45,814 nt of DNA. Source: a virus. Taxonomy: Duplodnaviria; Caudoviricetes. The stretch lies in IMG/VR virus record IMGVR_UViG_3300012909_000002, positions 1-45,814 of that record; one strand, written 5' to 3'. How positions within the stretch are numbered: position 1 is the stretch's first letter; every line of letters starts with the position of its first letter. Shown one piece after another: positions 8,718 to 18,120 of this stretch. Under the pieces are notes generated by a model, which worked only from the letters and a program-made list of their open reading frames with translations, searched no databases and was not told where the DNA came from. The position numbers and the translations under genes are program-made.

Positions 8718-8999
8718 ATGGGACTACTCAACGCGATCAACGCCAGGAAGGTGCTGGAAGAAGCCCGACGCAAACGCGCCGAACAGCAGACCCTGGCGCC
8801 TGGCCCTGCGGCTGACGTCCTGAACGGCGCACCGAAGGCCGACCCAAGCGGCAACGCCGCGATCGCACAAGCCTCTGGTGAACGGCAGCGCAAACGCTCT
8901 GCTGCCGGCAGCATCCTGTCGACCCCGTCGCTGGCCAAGTCGACGGCACCGAAGCCTCTCAAGCCCGTGCTGCGCCCCAGAAGCCTGAGCGGTTACTGA
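8718..8999 (+). CDS. Small protein upstream of portal (putative virion/assembly protein)
   Basis: Position and the RKR..SILST motif resemble small pre-portal genes of BPP-1/T7-like podoviruses. Confidence 0.6.
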   Translation: MGLLNAINARKVLEEARRKRAEQQTLAPGPAADVLNGAPKADPSGNAAIAQASGERQRKRSAAGSILSTPSLAKSTAPKPLKPVLRPRSLSGY

Positions 9000-10723
9000 T
9001 GCCCGATTACTTCAACGACCCACTAACCAAACGCGCACGCTACGAGTCGCTGCGAAGCGGCCTGCTGCAACAGCGCACGACGTTCGACTCACACTGGCAG
9101 GAGCTTGGCAAGTTCATCTCCCCGAGCCGCGTGCGGTTGAACGGTGGCTCGATGAACCAGGGCAACAAGCAGCGCCAGGACATTATCGACTCGACTGCCG
9201 GCTTCGCCTCGAGGACGCTGGCGTCAGGGATGCACGCCGGCCTGACGTCGCCGGCGCGGCCCTGGATGAAGCTGACCACGCCCGACCCTGGTCTCGCGAA
9301 GCAGGGGCCGGTGAAGGAATGGCTGCATGAGATCACGCAGCGAATGCTGATCATCTTCCAGCAGACCAATCTCTACCAGGCGCTGCCGACCATCTATGGC
9401 GACCTTGGCACGTTCGGCACGTCGGCGGTTGCGATCCGCGAGGACAGCCGCGACCTGTTCCGTTGCAAGTCGTTCGCGATCGGCACCTACGCGATCGGTC
9501 TCGACGAGCGCGACATGGTCTGCACCTTCGTGCGCGACTACGAGATGAGCGTGCGGCAGGTGATCAAGGAGTTCGCGCTGCGCCCTGACCGGTCGATCGA
9601 CTGGTCGGTGGTGTCGCCGACGATCAAGTCGCTGTGGGACAGGGGCAACTACGAGGCGCTGGTCAAGGTCACCTGGATCGTGACGCCGAACGAGAACGCG
9701 AACCCCGACATGCTGGCGGCGAAGTATTTCCCGTTCAGCAGCTGCCACTTCGAGACCGGTGGTGGCGCCGGCGGTGAACGTCGGTTCCTGAAGGAGAGCG
9801 GGTATCGCACCTTCCCGCTGTTGGTGCCGCGCTGGGACGTGACGGACGGCGACAGCTACGGCACCGAATGCCCTGGCATGATCGCGCTGGGCGACGTCAA
9901 GCAGCTGCAGATCGAACAGCGCAGGAAGGGCCAGGCGATCGCGAAGATGGTCGACCCCCCGCTGGTCGGGCCACCGGCGCTGCGTGCGTCGAAGACCTCG
10001 CTGCTGCCTGGCGATATCACTTACGCCGACGAGCGCGAGGGCATGAAGGGGTTGCGGTCGATTCACGACGTGAACCTGCGGATCGACCACCTGGCCGCGG
10101 ATATCAACGACGTGCAATACCGGATCGACAGGGCTTACTACGCTGACCTGTTCCTGATGATGGCGCGGAGCGACCAGGGGCAACCCATCACCGCACGCGA
10201 AGTCGAAGAGCGGCACGAAGAGAAGCTGCTGGCGTTGGGGCCGGTTCTCGAGCGCACGAACGACGAGCTACTCGACCCGCTGGTCGACCGCGTCTATTCG
10301 ATGATGGAACTGGCCGGCCTGATCCCGCCGGTGCCAGAGGCGCTCAATGGCGTGAAGCTGCGCGTCGAATACATCTCGATCATGGCGCAGGCGCAGAAGA
10401 TGGTCGGGGTTGTCCAGCAGGACAGGTTCATGCAGACCATGCTGGGCCTGCAGCCGGTGTTCAACGGCGTGAGCATGAAGGTGAAGATCAACGACGTCGT
10501 CGACACCTATGCCGACATGCTGGGCATCGACCCGAGCCTGGTGCGCACGAACGAAGAGGCCGACGCCCTGGCCGCGGAAGCCGCGAAGGCCATGCAGGCG
10601 CAGCAGGAGGCCGACGTGATGAAGACCCAGGCGCAGGCCATCCAAGCTGCCGGCACGACGCCGATGGACGGGGGCGAGACCGCGCTGACCCGCGTGGCTG
10701 ATGCTTCGCAGGCGGTGATGTAG
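8999..10723 (+). CDS. Portal (head-to-tail connector) protein
   Basis: LASGMHAGLTSPARPW, PRW..YG..PG..ALGDVKQLQ, TAREVEERHEEKLLALGPVLER, typical of T7/BPP-1 connectors. Confidence 0.95.
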   Translation: MPDYFNDPLTKRARYESLRSGLLQQRTTFDSHWQELGKFISPSRVRLNGGSMNQGNKQRQDIIDSTAGFASRTLASGMHAGLTSPARPWMKLTTPDPGLAKQGPVKEWLHEITQRMLIIFQQTNLYQALPTIYGDLGTFGTSAVAIREDSRDLFRCKSFAIGTYAIGLDERDMVCTFVRDYEMSVRQVIKEFALRPDRSIDWSVVSPTIKSLWDRGNYEALVKVTWIVTPNENANPDMLAAKYFPFSSCHFETGGGAGGERRFLKESGYRTFPLLVPRWDVTDGDSYGTECPGMIALGDVKQLQIEQRRKGQAIAKMVDPPLVGPPALRASKTSLLPGDITYADEREGMKGLRSIHDVNLRIDHLAADINDVQYRIDRAYYADLFLMMARSDQGQPITAREVEERHEEKLLALGPVLERTNDELLDPLVDRVYSMMELAGLIPPVPEALNGVKLRVEYISIMAQAQKMVGVVQQDRFMQTMLGLQPVFNGVSMKVKINDVVDTYADMLGIDPSLVRTNEEADALAAEAAKAMQAQQEADVMKTQAQAIQAAGTTPMDGGETALTRVADASQAVM

Positions 10724-11091
10724 TGGCCGACCAGGACGCCGGCGCCACCGTTCGGAATGCTGCGGCACCGCGGCAGGTGAAGCGTGCAGGCCGGCTCGAG
10801 AAGGAACGCCGCGAGAAGGAACTGGCCGACGTGCGGGTCGTGTGCGACACCGAAGAGGGCCGGCGGTTCATTTTCCGGCTGATGGGACACTGCAAGGTGT
10901 TCGAGAGCGTTTACGGTGTCGACCTGGCTTACCAGGCCGGCAAGCAGGACGTCGGCCACTACCTCATGGCGGAAGTGAACGACGCGAACGATGAACTGCT
11001 GTTCCGCATGATGCGGGAAGCGAAGACGGCCAAGCAGCGCGAGGATGCGGCGAACGACGCCATCAACGCCTCGAGCGAAGCCCAGGAGTAG
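10723..11091 (+). CDS. Bbp19-like small protein between portal and scaffold
   Basis: TEEGRRFIFRLM..C.VF..AYQAGKQDVG; synteny. Confidence 0.75.
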   Translation: MADQDAGATVRNAAAPRQVKRAGRLEKERREKELADVRVVCDTEEGRRFIFRLMGHCKVFESVYGVDLAYQAGKQDVGHYLMAEVNDANDELLFRMMREAKTAKQREDAANDAINASSEAQE

Positions 11092-11094
11092 ACA

Positions 11095-11796
11095 GTGCCG
11101 ACACCTGAAGAAGTAGCAGCAGCAAAAGTTACGAGCGATGCCGTGGCGGCAGCAGCAGCCGCGGCGAAGACCACCAGTGATGCGGCAGCAGCGGCTGCAG
11201 CAGCGGCAGGCACGAAGGCAGAGGGTGGCGAGGCCACCAAGGACGCCAACGCGCAGGCAGGCGAGACGCCCGAACAGAAGACGGCCAGAGAGACGGCAGC
11301 AGCCAAGGCGGCAGCTGACGCAGCGAAGCCGAAAGCACCCGAGAAGTATGAACTGAAGCTGCCCGAGGGGGCGGTGATCAACGCCAGGGACGTGGCGATG
11401 ATCGAGACCTTGGCGCGAGAGGCCGACCTGGACAACGTGACGGCGCAGCAGTTGCTCGAGCAACACGCTGAAGTCACGGGAAAGCAGGCCGCAACCTTCA
11501 TCGCGGAGTTGACCGCAGACAAGAAATACGGTGGAGAGAAGCTGGCCGAGACCCAGCAGCTTGCCAACGCAGTGCTTGACCGCGTGAGACCAGCCGGCAC
11601 GCCGCAGGGCGATGCCTTCCGAGCGTTCATCAATCGTGGTGGTGTCAACAACAGCCTCGAGGTGGCCTCGTTCCTGGCCGACCTGGGGCGCATGACGCTG
11701 GAAGACGGGCAGGTCATGGGGTCAGCGGCGAAGCCGGATGCCAAAGCAGAAGACGTGCTGTATCCGAACACGCCGGCCTACCTCAAGGATCTGTAG
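11095..11796 (+). CDS. Capsid scaffolding protein
   Basis: Ala-rich N-terminus, APEKYELKLPEG, LGR..ED..AEDVLYP; directly upstream of the capsid gene. Confidence 0.8.
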   Translation: MPTPEEVAAAKVTSDAVAAAAAAAKTTSDAAAAAAAAAGTKAEGGEATKDANAQAGETPEQKTARETAAAKAAADAAKPKAPEKYELKLPEGAVINARDVAMIETLAREADLDNVTAQQLLEQHAEVTGKQAATFIAELTADKKYGGEKLAETQQLANAVLDRVRPAGTPQGDAFRAFINRGGVNNSLEVASFLADLGRMTLEDGQVMGSAAKPDAKAEDVLYPNTPAYLKDL

Positions 11797-11830
11797 GTCG
11801 ACCGGGTCAGTTCAAATTGGAGAGAGTCAC

Positions 11831-12985
11831 ATGCGTTACTTGTTTGCCGTTGTCACCCTGATGCTCTGCGCGATCTTCACGGTCGACGTCGGAGCGGTCA
11901 GCCAGTTGGGCCATCAGGCACTGGCTTCCCCTACGTTCGCTGCCGATGCGGTCAAGCTCCTCGCAACCCTGGGCGGTCTTGCCGTCTTCGGTACGGTGCT
12001 TGGCGCTAATTCCCTCACGCTGGCCGACCACGCGAAGCGCACCGACCCGAGCGGTGGTATCTCGAAGATCGTCGAGATGCTGTCGCAGAGTAATCCGTTG
12101 CTCGAGGACATGGTGTGGCGCGAAGGTAACCTGCCCACTGGTCACCGCACCACGGTTCGCACCGGTCTGCCGACTGTCGCGTGGCGCCTCATCAACGCCG
12201 GCGTAACGCCCAGCAAGTCGCACACCGCGCAGATCGACGAACAGGCCGGCATTCTCGAGGCGTGGTCGGAAGTCGACGTCGACCTGGCCATCCTGAACGG
12301 CAACGTCAACGCCCTGCGCATGAGCGAGGCGCGTGCGTTCATCGAAGCGATGAACCAGGAGATGGTGCAGACCCTCTTCTACGGCAACGGTGGCCTGGCG
12401 CCCGAAGAGTTCACCGGCCTCTCGGTGCGCTACTCGAGCCTCTCGGCTGGCAACGCGACCAACATCATCGACGCCAGCGGCACCGGCTCCGACAACGCGT
12501 CGATCTGGCTCGTTGCATGGGACGAAGAGACGATCAGCGGCATCTTCCCCAAGGGCAGCAAGGCTGGCCTGCAGCACAACGACTACGGTGAAGTCACCGT
12601 GGAAGTCACCGCCGGCGTGGCGGGGCAGCGTATGCGTGCGCTGCAGGAGCGGTGGCAGTGGAAGGCCGGCATCGCGCTGAAGGACTGGCGCTACGTCGTG
12701 CGCATCTGCAACATCGACATCAGCGACCTGGGCGGCGGTTCGCCGACCGACCTGATCGACCACATGGAGAAGGCGATCGAGATGCTGCCCAACGAATTGG
12801 GCCGGCCCGTGTTCTACATGAACCGGACGGTGGCGCGGTTCCTGCGCAAGCAGGAGCGTGCTGACGTGTCGACCGGTGGCGGTCTCACCTACGAGAACGT
12901 CGCAGGCAAGCGTGTGATGGACTTCAGCGGCATCCCGGTGCGCCGGGTCGACGCGCTGCTCAATTCGGAAGCGCGGGTCGTCTAG
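11831..12985 (+). CDS. Major capsid protein (BPP-1 Bbp17-like) with ~55-aa hydrophobic N-terminal extension
   Basis: LTLADHAKR, IVEMLSQSNPLLEDM.W.EGN, RTGLP..WR..N.GV, DWRYVVRICNID, GIPVRRVDALLNSE; GGAGAG RBS before ATG 11831. Confidence 0.92.
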   Translation: MRYLFAVVTLMLCAIFTVDVGAVSQLGHQALASPTFAADAVKLLATLGGLAVFGTVLGANSLTLADHAKRTDPSGGISKIVEMLSQSNPLLEDMVWREGNLPTGHRTTVRTGLPTVAWRLINAGVTPSKSHTAQIDEQAGILEAWSEVDVDLAILNGNVNALRMSEARAFIEAMNQEMVQTLFYGNGGLAPEEFTGLSVRYSSLSAGNATNIIDASGTGSDNASIWLVAWDEETISGIFPKGSKAGLQHNDYGEVTVEVTAGVAGQRMRALQERWQWKAGIALKDWRYVVRICNIDISDLGGGSPTDLIDHMEKAIEMLPNELGRPVFYMNRTVARFLRKQERADVSTGGGLTYENVAGKRVMDFSGIPVRRVDALLNSEARVV

Positions 12986-13047
12986 GCCGGCATTGCCGGC
13001 TTCGACCTCGAGTTCAGCAACCCGTTTCTTTCAAGGAGTAGACGCTT

Positions 13048-13476
13048 ATGTATCTCGACGCTCTTCTGCTGGTCTCCAACGCGCAGGCGTTCGGTGCCGC
13101 GGCAGTTTCCACTAACTCGATCGACTTGGGCAACGTCACGCCCAAGCGCCAGATCGGCACCGGCGAACCGATGGGCTTCGGCTTCGCCGTCACGACCGCC
13201 GGCACCGTTGCCGCCTCGCTGATCGAAATCATCAGCGCGACCGACACCGCGCTGACGACCAGCATCGTCGTTCACGCCTCGCGGAGCATCGCGCTGGCTG
13301 ACACCACCATCGGGTCGCTGCACTTCGTGCCGTTGCCCCCTGGCACTCCCACCCAGCGGTATCTGGGCATCCGCGTGACGACCGCTGGCGGCACCATCAG
13401 CGGCACCGCGTGGCTCACGTCGGCTGCGCTCTTCTCGATCGCGCCGATCCACTACGCACGCAACTACTCGATCTAG
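13048..13476 (+). CDS. Capsid cement/decoration protein (Bbp16-like)
   Basis: MYLDALL..S..QA..STNSIDLG..IG.GEP, RYLG; AAGGAG RBS; follows the capsid gene. Confidence 0.8.
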   Translation: MYLDALLLVSNAQAFGAAAVSTNSIDLGNVTPKRQIGTGEPMGFGFAVTTAGTVAASLIEIISATDTALTTSIVVHASRSIALADTTIGSLHFVPLPPGTPTQRYLGIRVTTAGGTISGTAWLTSAALFSIAPIHYARNYSI

Positions 13477-13497
13477 TAGTTCGGGCATTCACCGGTG

Positions 13498-13527
13498 GCC
13501 GGCCTGGGGCATGTGTCCTGGGCCGGC
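13498..13527 (+). terminator. GC-rich hairpin after the cement gene (possible terminator or processing site)
   Basis: GCCGGCCTGGGGCA/TGTCCTGGGCCGGC stem with G-U pairs; only a short U tract. Confidence 0.4.
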
Positions 13528-13552
13528 TTCACCCGCTTAGAGGGAGAAGAGC

Positions 13553-13942
13553 ATGGCGAAGAAGACAGCTGCAACACCGCCCGTCGCGAAGACTGCACCC
13601 AAGCCGAAGCCTGCACCGCCGGCGCCGAGCGCGTCAGCCGCAGCCAAGGTCGAGAAGGAACTGCAGGCCGAACAGCAGGCGCTCGACGCCAAGCGTGGCA
13701 AGGGCGCGAAGATCCGCGTGAAGGCCACGAAGATGGGGTATCTCGACGACATGCGCCGGCGCGAGGGTGACGTGTTCGACATTTACCCGAACCAGTGGAG
13801 CGAGAAGTGGATGGAGATCGTCGACGGTGAGACGCCGAAGAAGGTCACCAGCGCCCCGGCTGCACTGAAGGCGCACCACGACGAACTGTTGAAGGGTCGC
13901 CTGGTTGGCAAGTCGACCGGCGACACCGACGTGCTGGGCTAG
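13553..13942 (+). CDS. Hypothetical virion-associated protein
   Basis: GGGAG RBS; IRVKATKMGY..RRREGDVF motif typical of small genes after podovirus capsid genes. Confidence 0.75.
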   Translation: MAKKTAATPPVAKTAPKPKPAPPAPSASAAAKVEKELQAEQQALDAKRGKGAKIRVKATKMGYLDDMRRREGDVFDIYPNQWSEKWMEIVDGETPKKVTSAPAALKAHHDELLKGRLVGKSTGDTDVLG

Positions 13943-13956
13943 AAGCGGAATCGATC

Positions 13957-13988
13957 CGGCGTTCACGGTTTATGAATCGTGAACGCCG
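13957..13988 (+). terminator. Intergenic hairpin between head and tail genes
   Basis: Perfect 11-bp stem CGGCGTTCACG/CGTGAACGCCG. Confidence 0.5.
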
Positions 13989-14007
13989 ACCTGTCGGGGA
14001 GTGGTAA

Positions 14008-17000
14008 ATGGCGAAACGGCAATTCCTGCAATACGAGATTTACCTCACCGACAGAGCCGCAGTTGATGCGGCCAACGCTGCACATCCGACCGGCCTGTTC
14101 ATGGCCCCGGAGACGGCGGCGACCACCTACAGCGCCCCCATTCAGGAATACACGGTCGGCTCCTTCTCGGCGCCCTGCACGCGCTCGTCGTGGTTCTGGT
14201 CAGGCTTTGAGGCCAACCGGCCTCGAGACGTCCTGAGCTTCGTGCGCAAGAGCGGTGGCTGGTTCGGCATCCACGCGCTGTTCGGTGACACCACGGTCTT
14301 CTATTGGGTTGGCACGTTCTACTACATGGCCCCGGTGGCCGGCGAGATCGAAGGGGAGCCGGTCGAAGCGGTCAACCTGGCGACGACGTCATTCTTGGTT
14401 GGGTTCGAGCGCCCACCAAACGGCGAAGGCGGCGACCACCGCAACGCTTCGCGAGAAGCCTCTCGGCATGTCGACGGGTTCGGCATGGCGCTGCGCGGAG
14501 ACGCCAGCACGCAAAGCTCAGACTTCTTCACGAACGTCTACGGTGCTGCCGCCAGGAAAGCGTCGTGGGAGCGGTTCTATATTCGGCCCCGTGCGGTGCC
14601 GACAGTGGCCTCGTCGTGCCGCTTGTGGTCGTGCCGCAGTTCCGTGTCAGGGCTGGCCGGCATCACGATCACGATCAACACTACGAATCAGCTAACCGTC
14701 TACAACCAGGACGCCGGCGGCACTGGCACATTGCTTGGCACAACGGAAGCCCTCGAGGTTGGCACTTGGTATAAGGTCGACCTGCTGTTCTCGTTCGCCA
14801 CGGGCGGCAGCGGAGCCGGGTCGAAGTTTTATTTGTATCTGAACGGCGTCCTGAAGCTCACCTTCTTGACGCTCTCAGGTGGGCTGGGCGAGAACGCGAA
14901 CCACGGTCGAACGATCCTTGGGCCTGACGGCTTCGCCCACAGCCACGAAGTCGACCTCGACGACTGGACGTGCAAGACCTGGCCGAACACCGATTCCGGT
15001 GGTCGCTTCACCGGTCTGGACTGGCTGAACGGGACAAAGATTTTGTCAGTGGGCGCCTCTGGGTTCGGGCCGGGGCATGGCACCTATGTGGGTGACTTCC
15101 GCACGACGCTGGATAGCGTCTACGCCGGCGGTTCCGAAGTTCTCGGCACGGGCGTGTCGATCACCAGCGCCGTGGCGTCAGACGTGGCCGAGATCGCTCT
15201 CGATATTACGACCATGAACGCGAACCCCGGTTCGCTGGGCTTGGTGTCGATGCTAGTGGCCCAAGTGTCGAAGGGGCCGAACGGCGGCGTGTTGGGCTAT
15301 CAGGTCAACGGTGGCACCCTGACGCTGTCGAGCATCACCGAGAACACCAGCAGCTACACCGCCTTCAATAAGCTGTACAACCCCACGCCTGCGCCAGCAC
15401 CAGTCCCGATCACGTCCATCATTCTTCGCTACGTGAAGGCCGCGTCCGTTTCAAGCAGTCAGATTCTCACGATGGGCGCGGTGGTCGAATTGGTCGGCGT
15501 GTTCGGCGCCGAGGACGTGACGGTCGAAGACGTCGGCAACCCGCTGCCGGTGCCGGCGCGAAACGGCATCCACAATTCACCCTACCCGTCGTCGCCGTGG
15601 GCGCATCTCGGCACGCGCCACCAGTCGCCCTACATCATCCACTCCGGCACTTATGTCGGCAACGGCACGGGGCAAGACCTCGTCTTCCGCTGCCCGGTGA
15701 ATTGGATCTGGATTCGCGCCGTGGGTGCTGGTGGGTTCTCTATGTTCCGCCACACGGGGATGGAGTCGAACAAGGTCAGGTTCTTCCAGGGTATACGAAC
15801 CGACGCAATCGTCGATATGTGCATCGACCCGACGTTCGTCGGCGCTGGCACCGAGGACGCCCAAGAGCAGCGCACGTTGGTGCGAATCGCCACGTCTGAG
15901 GCATCAGCGAACGCACTCGGCACGACCTACCAATACGTGGCGGTGCAAGACCCCGGTAGCCGGTTCATGCTGAACAGCAGTTCCAAGCACCCGTCTGCGC
16001 TGGCGTCGGCGGCGAACGCGCTCCACGACCCACGCTTCTTGCCGCTGGTCGCATTCATCACCGCCGAGAGTTACTCGGTCGACCAGTCCAGCACGCCCTA
16101 CATTGTCTACAAGGGGCAAAGCCACGGCGCCCTGGAATGGCAGAGCCTCACTGGCTCGGCTCCGACCAATAACACGCTGTCCTTCACACAAGGGTTCGTG
16201 AACACGCTGCCAGCCGCGCACCAGAGCGCGGCGAACGGCGGCATGGTGGGTTTCAACTGCTGGCGCAAGGACGACGGCTCTGGTGATGCCGGCTTGCCGA
16301 AGGTCGTGCAGCTTGGCAGCTACACCGGCAACGGCACCGCCTCGCGCACGATCTCGTTCCCGATCCCGGCTGGTGTGCGCCCGTTGTGGGCGATCGTGCA
16401 GCCGCGCAACGCCGCCAGCATCTATCGCGACCCAAGCCACACCGGCACGACCAGCACCCTCTGTCCTTCGTCGAATAATGCCTCGACTGGCATCATCGCT
16501 GGCGGCATCGACTCGTTCGACGTCGGCCTTGTGCTGAACGCCAACGGCATCACCTACGAGTTCTTCGTGCTGCCAGGTTCGGCCACGGCTGGTAACGGTG
16601 GCTGGTCTGTCAACGGCGAGTTCGCGCCGGTCGAGCCTGACTCGCCGCCTGGATACTGCGAAGACCCAGAGGCGTCAAACTTCGGGGAGTATGGCGTCTG
16701 CACCTACGACCCCGATCCCGAGCCGCCGGTCGAAGACCCTGATCCCGATCCAGGGCCAGACGATGGCGACGACTGCGAGGCCGGCGAGGTGTGCGTCACC
16801 GCCACGACCAAGCAGGTCAACCTGGCGTTGCTCGAGCTTGGCGTCAACAAGCTGCTGACCAACTACTGCACGCAGGAGACCCGCGAGGCGGTGATCATGC
16901 AGGCACTCTACGAGTCGTGCGTGAAGCACACGTTGGTCGCCTACCCGTGGCCCTTCGCGACGAAGTATGCGACGTTGGGCCTGACGGAGACGCAGCCGAC

Positions 17001-18120
17001 GCACTCCGACTGGACTTACGCGTGCCGCATCCCGTCCGACTGCGTGTTCCCCCGCCGGCTGGTGGTGAACCGCGGCACCGCGGCTGACCCGACCCCGCCA
17101 CCGTTCGGCCTCTCGAGCGATGCGTCGGGCGGCATCCTGCTGACCAACCAGGCTTCACCTGTCCTGGAATACACCTGCCGACCGAACTGCGTGGCCTACA
17201 ACGGCGACGACCTGTTCCTCGAGGCGCTGAAGTGGCGACTGGCCGCAGCCGCCGCGCCGGCGCTGACGCGCGTGGCGAACGAAGCCGAACGCTGCATGAA
17301 GATGTTTGAGATCCTCATCCAGAAGGCCGAGGCGACCATCAAGCCGGGAGTGCCTGGTCTGCGCCCGTCTGCCGACCCGAACGACCCTGACACCACGGCA
17401 GCGGCCATCGCCGCCAACATCCAGGTGATCAACCGTGGCCTGATCCGCATCGGTGCGAAGACCATCACGAACCTAACCACCGAGCAGAGTCGAGAGGCCA
17501 TCGCGGCGAAGCTGGTCTTCGAAGACGAACTGCGGTCGTGCTTGCGCGACTACCCCTGGTCGTTCGCGACCCGCTACGACGAAGCCCCGACGTTGGTCGG
17601 TGGCACGTCCACGGATCCGGTGAACCCTGACTGGCAGTATTCGTATCGACTGCCCACCGACATGGTGACCGTGCGGCGGCTGGTGACGGAAGGCACGGGC
17701 CGGTCGTTCGAAGCCGAGCCGACGACATGGCGCTTGGGCAGCGATGCCACCGGGCCCCTGCTGTTCACGGGCGAAGACGAGCCACTGGTCGAATACACGG
17801 CCAGGGTCGACAACGCCATGGTGTTCGCGGACAGCGTGTTCCGAGACGCCCTGTCCTGGCGCATCGCCGCCTCGCTGGCGCCGACGCTGGCCCAGGTGAA
17901 CCCTCACGCGCCCGACCAGCACGGTCGTGGCCCTGCGACCCCGCAAGACCCGACAGCGCGGCAGGGACGCGCCTACAACGAGTCAGCCCAGCGCAAGCAG
18001 GTCGCGCAGTGGGCCTGGGCCATGTATCTCCAGGCGCTGCGGCAGGCCAAGGTGGGCGACGGCAACGAGCAACAGCAGGAGCCACACGGTGATGCCGAGT
18101 GGATCAGGGGGCGTGAATGA
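14008..18120 (+). CDS. Tail adaptor (tubular protein A-like) tandem duplicate fused to a large N-terminal beta-rich appendage
   Basis: Two copies of N.(A/G)L..(L/I)G..YPW.FAT..W.Y..R.P.D at ~16813 and ~17422; N-terminal ~930 aa is G/S/T-rich with two G.Y.GNGT repeats. Confidence 0.8.
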   Translation: MAKRQFLQYEIYLTDRAAVDAANAAHPTGLFMAPETAATTYSAPIQEYTVGSFSAPCTRSSWFWSGFEANRPRDVLSFVRKSGGWFGIHALFGDTTVFYWVGTFYYMAPVAGEIEGEPVEAVNLATTSFLVGFERPPNGEGGDHRNASREASRHVDGFGMALRGDASTQSSDFFTNVYGAAARKASWERFYIRPRAVPTVASSCRLWSCRSSVSGLAGITITINTTNQLTVYNQDAGGTGTLLGTTEALEVGTWYKVDLLFSFATGGSGAGSKFYLYLNGVLKLTFLTLSGGLGENANHGRTILGPDGFAHSHEVDLDDWTCKTWPNTDSGGRFTGLDWLNGTKILSVGASGFGPGHGTYVGDFRTTLDSVYAGGSEVLGTGVSITSAVASDVAEIALDITTMNANPGSLGLVSMLVAQVSKGPNGGVLGYQVNGGTLTLSSITENTSSYTAFNKLYNPTPAPAPVPITSIILRYVKAASVSSSQILTMGAVVELVGVFGAEDVTVEDVGNPLPVPARNGIHNSPYPSSPWAHLGTRHQSPYIIHSGTYVGNGTGQDLVFRCPVNWIWIRAVGAGGFSMFRHTGMESNKVRFFQGIRTDAIVDMCIDPTFVGAGTEDAQEQRTLVRIATSEASANALGTTYQYVAVQDPGSRFMLNSSSKHPSALASAANALHDPRFLPLVAFITAESYSVDQSSTPYIVYKGQSHGALEWQSLTGSAPTNNTLSFTQGFVNTLPAAHQSAANGGMVGFNCWRKDDGSGDAGLPKVVQLGSYTGNGTASRTISFPIPAGVRPLWAIVQPRNAASIYRDPSHTGTTSTLCPSSNNASTGIIAGGIDSFDVGLVLNANGITYEFFVLPGSATAGNGGWSVNGEFAPVEPDSPPGYCEDPEASNFGEYGVCTYDPDPEPPVEDPDPDPGPDDGDDCEAGEVCVTATTKQVNLALLELGVNKLLTNYCTQETREAVIMQALYESCVKHTLVAYPWPFATKYATLGLTETQPTHSDWTYACRIPSDCVFPRRLVVNRGTAADPTPPPFGLSSDASGGILLTNQASPVLEYTCRPNCVAYNGDDLFLEALKWRLAAAAAPALTRVANEAERCMKMFEILIQKAEATIKPGVPGLRPSADPNDPDTTAAAIAANIQVINRGLIRIGAKTITNLTTEQSREAIAAKLVFEDELRSCLRDYPWSFATRYDEAPTLVGGTSTDPVNPDWQYSYRLPTDMVTVRRLVTEGTGRSFEAEPTTWRLGSDATGPLLFTGEDEPLVEYTARVDNAMVFADSVFRDALSWRIAASLAPTLAQVNPHAPDQHGRGPATPQDPTARQGRAYNESAQRKQVAQWAWAMYLQALRQAKVGDGNEQQQEPHGDAEWIRGRE

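Noticed and set aside
11105-11330. GCA/GCG-rich tandem-like repeats
   Set aside because: They encode the Ala-rich disordered N-terminus of the scaffold protein and are not a DNA repeat element.
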